Assembly: GCA_016198755.1 (NCBI GenBank)
Contig: JACQIB010000004.1
Location: 178,760-242,759 of the forward strand
DNA length: 64,000 nt
Direction: 5' to 3'
Source of the DNA: Candidatus Aenigmatarchaeota archaeon
GTDB lineage: Archaea > Aenigmatarchaeota > Aenigmatarchaeia > Aenigmatarchaeales > JACQIB01
Shown: positions 57,241 through 64,000 of the stretch, one piece after another
Numbering within the stretch: the stretch's first letter is position 1
How the letters are laid out: every line of letters starts with the position of its first letter
The notes under the pieces: model-generated
Told to the model about the DNA's origin: nothing
The model's input: the letters and a program-made list of their open reading frames with translations, nothing else
The model's database searches: none
Position numbers and translations under genes: made by a program

Positions 57241-58551
57241 TCAGGAAACCACTTTTCTTATTTCCTTGGTTAAAACTCCCTCATTCTGGATTTCAATCCA
57301 GTAGCGCACGCGAAAAGCTGGTTTGTTTATTTTTATCAGTTTCTGCAGGTTTATTGGAGTGCCTACAATAACAGAATCGCAGTGAGCAGAATTAATTGTC
57401 TTTTCCAGCTCTTTTAGCTGTTTAGGATAATAGCCCATTGCAGGCAGTACTTTTCCGAGCTGAGGGAATTTTTTATAGATGGCTTTCAGTGAACCTACAG
57501 CATGTTTCCTTGGATCTACTATTTCCAGCCCCAAAGAACGTGCAGCTGAAAAAGCAACTCCAGTATTCATTCCCCCATGGGTTAAAGTTGGCCCGTCCTC
57601 TATGCAAATCACCTTACCCTTTGGCTTTCCATCTATACTGAAAGGCATGCATGCAAATAAAATTTTAGCACTCGGATTTATTGCTTTAATATTCTTTTTC
57701 ACTGTTTTTGCGGCTTCTGCTGTATTTTTATCAACCTTGTTTATTAGAACAATATCAGCCATTCTTGCACAAGCTTCCCCTGGATAATAGCTTATCTCAT
57801 GCCCAGGCCTCTTTGCATCTGCAACTGTTATTGTTAAGTCAGGTTTATAGAAAGAAAAATCATTGTTCCCCCCATCCCATACTATAACATCAGCCTCTTT
57901 CTCAGCAGCTCTCAGTATCTTTTCATAGTCAACGCCAGCATAAACAACTGTTCCTCTTTCTATATGCGGCTCATATTCTTCCCTCTCTTCAATGGTTGTA
58001 TTGTACCTTTTTAGGTCAGCAAAGTTTGAGAAGCGTTCAACCTCTTCCTTTTCAAGCCTGCCATAAGGCATTGGATGGCGTATAACAACAGGCTTCAATC
58101 CAAAGGATTTTATAATATCCACAACCCTGCGGGAGAGCGGACTTTTTCCAGAACCTGTGCGTACAGCACACACAACAATAACAGGCTTTTTGCTTTCCAG
58201 CATGGTTTCCTCAGGCCCCAGCAGTGAAAAGCTTGCACCAGCAGCTAAAACAATTGAAGCTTTCCTCATTACATCTGTATAGTTAAGGTCTGAATAACAT
58301 AGAAAAACCTCCTTCACTCCAAACTTTTTTATTAGCTCAGTTAACTTTGATTCATCGTATATTGGTATTCCTTTCCTGTATAGTTTTCCTGAAAGTCTTG
58401 GAGGATAACACCTGTCTGTTATATCAGGTATCTGGGCTGCTGTGAACGCAACAACATTATAGGCTTTATTCCCGCGGAAGAAAACATTAAAGTTATGGAA
58501 GTCCCTTCCAGCTGCCCCCATTATTATTACAGGCTTTCCATGTTTTTGCAT
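57241..58551 (-). CDS. P-loop NTPase of the cyclic 2,3-diphosphoglycerate synthetase-like family
   Basis: MGAAGRDFHNFN, RTGSGKS, RHPMPYG, WDGGNND, EDGPTLTHGGM. Confidence 0.85.
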   Translation of the reverse strand: MQKHGKPVIIMGAAGRDFHNFNVFFRGNKAYNVVAFTAAQIPDITDRCYPPRLSGKLYRKGIPIYDESKLTELIKKFGVKEVFLCYSDLNYTDVMRKASIVLAAGASFSLLGPEETMLESKKPVIVVCAVRTGSGKSPLSRRVVDIIKSFGLKPVVIRHPMPYGRLEKEEVERFSNFADLKRYNTTIEEREEYEPHIERGTVVYAGVDYEKILRAAEKEADVIVWDGGNNDFSFYKPDLTITVADAKRPGHEISYYPGEACARMADIVLINKVDKNTAEAAKTVKKNIKAINPSAKILFACMPFSIDGKPKGKVICIEDGPTLTHGGMNTGVAFSAARSLGLEIVDPRKHAVGSLKAIYKKFPQLGKVLPAMGYYPKQLKELEKTINSAHCDSVIVGTPINLQKLIKINKPAFRVRYWIEIQNEGVLTKEIRKVVS

Positions 58552-58610
58552 AATAGATATTGCACAGCTGGAATAAAAACTGCATTCATTGACTGTGCAA
58601 TGAATATTAC

Positions 58611-59636
58611 TCAGCAATAACAGCCGTACGGACCTCTACCACATGATACGCAGCTGTTGGATGAGCATCTTTTACAGCCTGAGCATTGGGAATCAGTTGT
58701 GCATTCAACATCCACACACTTTTTGTTGCTGCAAATTTGCTTGTAGCCGCAATCTGATTTGGAGCTGCACTCTTCCGAAGAAACAGTAGTAGTTGTGGCT
58801 TTTGTTGTGGTTGTTGCAGAGATTGTGGTTGTTGTGGGTGGTTTATATTCAAATGTCTGAATGTTAGCTTCGAAAGAAAGTTTAGAGGATTCTTTCCCTG
58901 ATGAGTCTGCAGCAACAGCACTAAACTGAACTATTCCGCTCTCATTCGAAGTAAATATCCAAGTATTAGAGCAGGGTTTTTTATTGTTGCAGTCAAAGGA
59001 GCCTGACTGACCATAGTTTTGAATTGGCTTTGAAGATGTCCACGATATACTCTTGATTGCCCTGTCATCGTTGGCATCGATTGTTAAATTAAATGGTTGT
59101 CCGCGGGCTGGGTTGGAAGGACTCATGCTTCCTTTAATTGTTGGAAACTCGAGATCTGGAGTTACTGTAGAAGCTGGAAGAGTAGTTGTAGAAGATGCGG
59201 GGAATGTGGTTGAAGATATTGTAAATGCGGCAGTTGTTGGAACCAGTGTTGTAGTTGTCTCTACTGGAATTGACTGCGGCTTCTGGTTTATTGCTTCCCT
59301 GACCATGCAAACTGTTTCTAAAGATGCAGAATTTGTCCAGACTGTTAGCTTTGTGTTTGAATCTGGATCTGTCAAGACTGTTTTGTAATAGCTGTATAAT
59401 TTGACATCATTGTTATCGCACTGTTCCCTTATCTGTTCTAGCTGTCCGGAAATAGAATCGTTGCCAAGAAGGTTTGTTGTTAATTTAGCATTAGGATACT
59501 CAGCAAGGAATGCCTTTACTTGAGGGCTGGATTTTACAAGAGAGTCTACTCCAAAGCTCTGGCCTGTACAACCTGCAGCTATAACTACTATTAAAAACAC
59601 GGAAGCGCATAGCAGCGCTAACCTGCTGGAAAACAT
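58611..59636 (-). CDS. lipoprotein with Thr-rich linkers, Ig-like domain and Cys-rich tail
   Basis: IAAGC lipobox; ECSSKSDC..C..C repeats. Confidence 0.75.
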   Translation of the reverse strand: MFSSRLALLCASVFLIVVIAAGCTGQSFGVDSLVKSSPQVKAFLAEYPNAKLTTNLLGNDSISGQLEQIREQCDNNDVKLYSYYKTVLTDPDSNTKLTVWTNSASLETVCMVREAINQKPQSIPVETTTTLVPTTAAFTISSTTFPASSTTTLPASTVTPDLEFPTIKGSMSPSNPARGQPFNLTIDANDDRAIKSISWTSSKPIQNYGQSGSFDCNNKKPCSNTWIFTSNESGIVQFSAVAADSSGKESSKLSFEANIQTFEYKPPTTTTISATTTTKATTTTVSSEECSSKSDCGYKQICSNKKCVDVECTTDSQCSGCKRCSSNSCVSCGRGPYGCYC

Positions 59637-59693
59637 AAGAATAATTTATTTCAGCTTATATAAATAGAAATCGTCTGGTGAGGTTACATTATT

Positions 59694-60320
59694 TTACAAA
59701 CTGGCAGGAGCAACTCTTCTGCCAAATAAAGTGCCTCTGCGATGCTTTTTAAGAAACGGTGTAGGATAAGACAAAAGCCATGGCTCCCTTGTTTCACTAA
59801 AGTTCCAGAGAAGGACTGTATAATCTGTTTTGCCATCAGGTGATGGATCATGGACTGCAGCTTCATCAGCACCAAGTGCTTCCCTCCATTCTGGCGTTAT
59901 TTTATCTCTAGCTTTCGGAGTTTTCAGTACAACAGGAGTTAATCCACTGATATCAAATTTTCCTCCCACGAATATTGCTCCCCTATAAAGCTCTGTATTA
60001 CCCTGTCCATCAGGCTTGCATAGCTCAGCAAAAATACAGTTTTTCAACATCCCTTGATACAGTTCTTCAAATGCCTGAGCCAAATTAGCTTCTGAAAATA
60101 TATCTGTAATAAGCCTCGGGTTTGCACCGTATCTAATAAGAGCAGAATAGTTTGGCCTGTCTCTTTTCAGGCTGCGCAAAACAGCATTTATAGAAAGTGA
60201 AGGATCTATCGGAACTCTTTGTGGATCTGAATAAGAGTGTATATCATTCCAGGAACTGCCGCTCATACCAACAGCAAGTTCCACAGCTCCGGCACCAGGA
60301 ATATCAGCAAATACTGGCAT
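59694..60320 (-). CDS. hypothetical protein
   Basis: 208-aa ORF with upstream TATA. Confidence 0.6.
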   Translation of the reverse strand: MPVFADIPGAGAVELAVGMSGSSWNDIHSYSDPQRVPIDPSLSINAVLRSLKRDRPNYSALIRYGANPRLITDIFSEANLAQAFEELYQGMLKNCIFAELCKPDGQGNTELYRGAIFVGGKFDISGLTPVVLKTPKARDKITPEWREALGADEAAVHDPSPDGKTDYTVLLWNFSETREPWLLSYPTPFLKKHRRGTLFGRRVAPASL

Positions 60321-60367
60321 GCAATCAAAAGTAAATGGTTAGAAAAAGGATTTATATAGGTAAAAAT

Positions 60368-60559
60368 TGGTGCGCCAGCCGAGATTTTCCAGCAAGAAAG
60401 GGACTTTCCCTTACCGCCAACCAAAGGGGGTTAATAGGGCGGTAAGAAGGGGTCTCCCCTTCTTGCGCTTTGAACTCGGGTCGCGAGCTTTCTGCGCTGC
60501 GCGTGGCAAGCATATACCTTGCAAAGCAAGATCGTATCCTACCACTAGACTACTGGCGC
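60368..60559 (-). tRNA. tRNA-Gly(GCC) with introns at 29/30 (60512-60531), 37/38 (60490-60503) and 59/60 (60385-60468)
   Basis: GCGCCAG/CTGGCGC acceptor; splicing restores CGAGC-TTGCCAA-GCTCG. Confidence 0.9.
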
Positions 60560-61208
60560 GTTATTTAAGATTGAGAGTCTATATTTATAAGTGCTATAAG
60601 GTGGTAGATAACCTAATTTTTCTAACACATCCAACTTTGATTTCTGAATAGGATTTAATATTGGCACAAGTTTTATAAAACTGTACAATCTATTACCCTT
60701 TATTGTTATATGATATACATTTTCAAGTTTTCTGTAATGTATATGATAACTGATATTGTTTTTAGAGAGAAATCTTGAGATAATATCTATAAGAACCTTG
60801 GAGGCGCTAACATATGTCATAAGGGGGTACTTATTAATATTGTTCCCGTTTTTACTTATTATAATAGAGCCGTCTCCAGATATCAAACCTGCAATAAAAC
60901 TCTTTTCTTCTATATTGCATTTAGGTTCTTCTATATTTTTATGCTTTTTGCCTTTATATGGAAAGATTGATCTAAATATTTTTTCTATTTTTGATGAGTT
61001 AATAGATAAAACATAATTTCTCTTTATATCATGCCGTAAAGTTGTTTTACAATTAAAAACCTCTGCTATCATAGGCGCTATTATATTTTCAAAAAAAAGG
61101 GCGTTCCTCTTCAGAACAAAAGAATCTGACTCTTGATATATCTAAGTTGCCATCTGAAGCAAAGAGTCCTAATATAAAAGATAATTTATCTACTTGAATT
61201 TCTTCCAT
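60545..61208 (-). pseudogene. free-standing double-motif LAGLIDADG endonuclease split by a +1 frameshift in a T8 run
   Basis: FILGLFASDG in the ATG(61208) frame, FIAGLISGDG in the next frame; CCT TTT TTT TGA near 61089-61100. Confidence 0.8.
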
Positions 61209-61308
61209 ATGTTGAAATTATTATTCACGCTCTTTTATATAGGCTTCGGCTGCCTTGTTGACAAGCATAGACAGCATATTTTTAACCTTTAGCCTACAAC
61301 CCTTCTGA

Positions 61309-62088
61309 ATGCCAGAATCGGAATTTAAAGGAGGAGCTTTCGAGAAGGCGCAGGAAAGGGGGCAGAAGATTAAGGAAAAGCTCGGGAAAATAAAAAAGAA
61401 GATTGCAGTTTACAGCGGGAAAGGTGGTGTTGGGAAGACGATGGTTGCTGTGAACCTTGCTGCTGCGCTGGCTAAAAAAGGATTTTCTGTTGGATTGCTG
61501 GATGCTGATATAGACTGCCCGAATGTTTTCCGCTCTCTTGGGTTGGAAAGCAAAGGAGCTGAAGTGGATGAGAATGGAGATTTTGAGCCTGAAAAAAAGT
61601 TTGGGATAAAAATTGTTTCTGTTTCCCCTTTCCAGAAATCTGAGGAAGAGGCAACAGTCTGGAGGGGACCGCTGATTGCAGGGGCTTTAGTACAGTTGGT
61701 AGAGCATTCAAAATTTGGGGAGCTTGACTATTTAGTTATAGATCTGCCTCCGGGTACCTCAGATTCCCCTTTAACAGTAATGCAGGTTTTGCAGCCTGAT
61801 ATGTTTGTTATCGTAACAACTCCGCAGAAACTGGCTGTGCTCGATGCTAAAAGGTCTGCTAACATGGTTAAAAGGTTGGGAATGAAAATTGCTGGAGTGG
61901 TAGATAATATGGTTTCAGAGGAATTTGGGAAGGATAGCAGGCTGACAGAAGAGCTTGGAGTTCCACTGCTTGCCTCAATTCCGCTGAAAAAAGAGATAAG
62001 AGAAGCTGCAGACAATGGAATTCCGGCTGTTCTGGAAGATAAGGAGCTTGCGCTGTTATTTTCTAATATAGTGGAGAAGATAATTTAA
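61309..62088 (+). CDS. Mrp/ApbC/NBP35 family ATPase
   Basis: SGKGGVGKT, LDADIDCPN, WRGP, DLPPGTSD, VTTPQ. Confidence 0.92.
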   Translation: MPESEFKGGAFEKAQERGQKIKEKLGKIKKKIAVYSGKGGVGKTMVAVNLAAALAKKGFSVGLLDADIDCPNVFRSLGLESKGAEVDENGDFEPEKKFGIKIVSVSPFQKSEEEATVWRGPLIAGALVQLVEHSKFGELDYLVIDLPPGTSDSPLTVMQVLQPDMFVIVTTPQKLAVLDAKRSANMVKRLGMKIAGVVDNMVSEEFGKDSRLTEELGVPLLASIPLKKEIREAADNGIPAVLEDKELALLFSNIVEKII

Positions 62089-63575
62089 GAAACATTAAAG
62101 TCCTTTGAGTCTATATTATTGTTTTCATTTGTTTCAGCTATTTGCATGTCAGAATCAGCGAAAACTCTTACCGTGTATGTACCTGCAGAGGGCATTGTTT
62201 TTGTGCAGGTTCCAGAGACCATAGAGCCAGCATTCAATGCAGTATTAGATGTGCAGCTGTCTATTGGGTTAGGATTAGGCGCCTGATAAAAGCCCACATC
62301 TATCTTAGATGTACCCGAGTTTCCGGCGCCAGTGTTCGAAACACTCCAAGACGCTGAAGCACTTCTGCCAGATATGCTGGGTGCCTGAATAGAGGATGTA
62401 AAGTCAACCGTACTCGGTTGCGTTGTCGTGGTTGTTGTAGTTGTAGATGTTGTAGTAGTTGAAGTAGAAGTTGTTGTAGTTGAAGAGGTGTTTGGTTGAT
62501 CAGCACAAAATCCACTAAAGCAGAAATTACTAGAGCACTCTGAATTGCTCGAACAGCTTTGTCCCTTTGCTTTTAGGCCTGCAGCAGTTGTGGTTGTGGT
62601 TCCACCTGCTGTGGTTGTAGTGCTTGAGGTTGTTGTCTGGCTTTGTACAGGAAGAGAAGTATCAATATTTTCATTTGTAACATTATTATCAATTTCATTG
62701 GTTTCTGGTATAAGCCAATCTGGATCAGCTACAGCTCCGGCAGCATATTTATGCCCTAAAACATACCCCTGAGAAGGATACAAGTAACAGAATGTCCTCT
62801 GAGTTGAACCCACTTCTAAGAGCGGAGTTATATAAGTGCAGTTGGAAAGCATACCATGTTCTGCTATAGCCATTAACATACTTGCATTGGTAGCTGGTTT
62901 ATCTCCTATGTTCCTAAGAGAATATTTTATCCTTAATACAGAAGCATCATAGAATATTTCATCTATGCCTGGAACAAGATTAGGACCGCTTGATAGAATA
63001 GGTACTGTTATTGGTGTTTGACCTGGGACCGATGGAGTTCCTGGAGCAGATGGAGTTCCACCGCTACCGCCAGAGCCTCCGCCTCCGTTTACACCGGAAG
63101 AAAATCTGCCTGGTGTATCATCTGCACAGTATCCAGCTGAACAGAAGGTAGTGGAACATTCTGAATCAGCTGAACATTTATCCCCTTTGGCTTTGGGTCC
63201 TGGAGACATAGTAGAAGTGCTAACTAAATCTGAATTTTTCACAACAACCTCTATCTTTCCTTCAGCCGTTATTTTACAGACTGTACTTCCTATATCATTT
63301 ACCCAGACTGTTGTGGAGCTGTTTGATACGGAATCAGAAAGTGAAACTTTCCAGTATCTTGGTTTTTTCACAACATCCGGACAACCTGATAATATTTCTT
63401 CATATAGAGAAGGAGCTGTTATATTGTTTACCAGTTCAATTCTAACAGTTGCATTAGGATGAAGTGACTTAAAGCCAAAAACATCAGCATTTATTTTTAT
63501 AAAATCCTCTATGCTTTGGCTTACACAAGCTGCTGCAAAGACAACCAGAAAAATTGCTAACAACCAAAATCTCAT
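62085..63575 (-). CDS. lipoprotein with two CARDB domains and two Cys-rich repeats
   Basis: AAAC lipobox; KAKG..CS..SECS..FC..G.CAD twice; ETNE.NN twice. Confidence 0.82.
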   Translation of the reverse strand: MRFWLLAIFLVVFAAACVSQSIEDFIKINADVFGFKSLHPNATVRIELVNNITAPSLYEEILSGCPDVVKKPRYWKVSLSDSVSNSSTTVWVNDIGSTVCKITAEGKIEVVVKNSDLVSTSTMSPGPKAKGDKCSADSECSTTFCSAGYCADDTPGRFSSGVNGGGGSGGSGGTPSAPGTPSVPGQTPITVPILSSGPNLVPGIDEIFYDASVLRIKYSLRNIGDKPATNASMLMAIAEHGMLSNCTYITPLLEVGSTQRTFCYLYPSQGYVLGHKYAAGAVADPDWLIPETNEIDNNVTNENIDTSLPVQSQTTTSSTTTTAGGTTTTTAAGLKAKGQSCSSNSECSSNFCFSGFCADQPNTSSTTTTSTSTTTTSTTTTTTTTQPSTVDFTSSIQAPSISGRSASASWSVSNTGAGNSGTSKIDVGFYQAPNPNPIDSCTSNTALNAGSMVSGTCTKTMPSAGTYTVRVFADSDMQIAETNENNNIDSKDFNVS

Positions 63576-63618
63576 AAATATAGATAGGTGCTTTGTATAT
63601 AAAACTTTGTTCTTATAT

Positions 63619-63792
63619 TGGCGCCGGCGGCAGGATTTTCAGTCCACCCAAAGGGAGAGGGTGGAGGGAGATACGCAGTTTCTCCTCCTTTGAACCTGCA
63701 TGCCCTTGCGGACACCAGTTATCTCTCTTTCTCTACCTTTCAAAGAAAGGCTGTTCGAGACTGGCACGATAACCTGGCTCTGTCACACCGGC
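63619..63792 (-). tRNA. tRNA-Ser(CGA) with introns at 37/38 (63721-63753) and 59/60 (63636-63688)
   Basis: GCCGGTG/CGCCGGC-G-CCA, long variable arm; splicing restores CCAGT-CTCGAAA-ACTGG. Confidence 0.9.
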
Positions 63793-63936
63793 AGTCCAAT
63801 CTGGGGGGAATCTGCTTAAATTCTTTTAAAAATACATAAAATATCTGCGTGATCCTCCTTGAGATACATTTATATACGGGTTCGCTTCATTTTTGTTTAA
63901 ACAGAGTTGCTCTCTGTGCTTTGGGCAAGATTAAAA

Positions 63937-64000
63937 TGAATAAAACAATAATAATTGCTGCACTTGTTGCTTTTGCTTTAGTTGGTTCTGTTACTTTCGC
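63937..64000 (+). CDS. start of a secreted protein (truncated by window end)
   Basis: MNKTIIIAALVAFALVGSVTF signal peptide. Confidence 0.55.

Noticed and set aside
60505-60535. tRNA-Ala(TGC) call for the 60368-60559 gene
   Set aside because: The TGC lies inside the 29/30 intron; acceptor stem and spliced arm give Gly(GCC)
62420-62640. GTT/GTA trinucleotide-like repeats (also 19780-19965, 56270-56390, 58785-58840)
   Set aside because: They encode Thr/Ser-rich linkers of surface proteins
1-64000. CRISPR array, IS element or provirus
   Set aside because: No regularly spaced repeats, cas, transposase, integrase or capsid genes seen; the 22-bp boxes at 15076 have no spacers

Overview
Archaeal chromosome segment, probably from a small-genome DPANN-type lineage (inferred from the divergent 16S, TATA boxes about 20-30 bp before many start codons, and many short orphan genes). 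Every stable-RNA gene is interrupted by bulge-helix-bulge (BHB) introns. An unlinked 16S rRNA gene (minus strand, 21744-25212) has eight introns. Two encode nucleases (one LAGLIDADG, one HTH plus PD-(D/E)XK), and the last two flank a 2-nt exon in the decoding site and appear to need ordered splicing. All five tRNA genes (Ala-TGC, His-GTG, Leu-CAG, Gly-GCC, Ser-CGA) carry a T-loop intron at 59/60, and two of these introns share 43 identical nucleotides. Protein genes include PolX behind an AbrB/RelE pair, a type IV pilus-like ATPase/TadC/pilin set, a P-type ATPase, RtcA, a dTDP-rhamnose cluster, malic enzyme and large surface proteins. Less ordinary elements: two paralogous proteasome-beta-like proteins with a shared C-terminal extension, an orphan domain in four copies (one fused to an adenylate kinase), a 26-aa Cys-rich metallothionein-like micro-ORF, an FAD-Rieske-MsrQ fusion, a frameshifted free-standing LAGLIDADG gene and a 61-bp direct repeat. 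All calls come from reading the sequence by eye; no database search or folding program was run.
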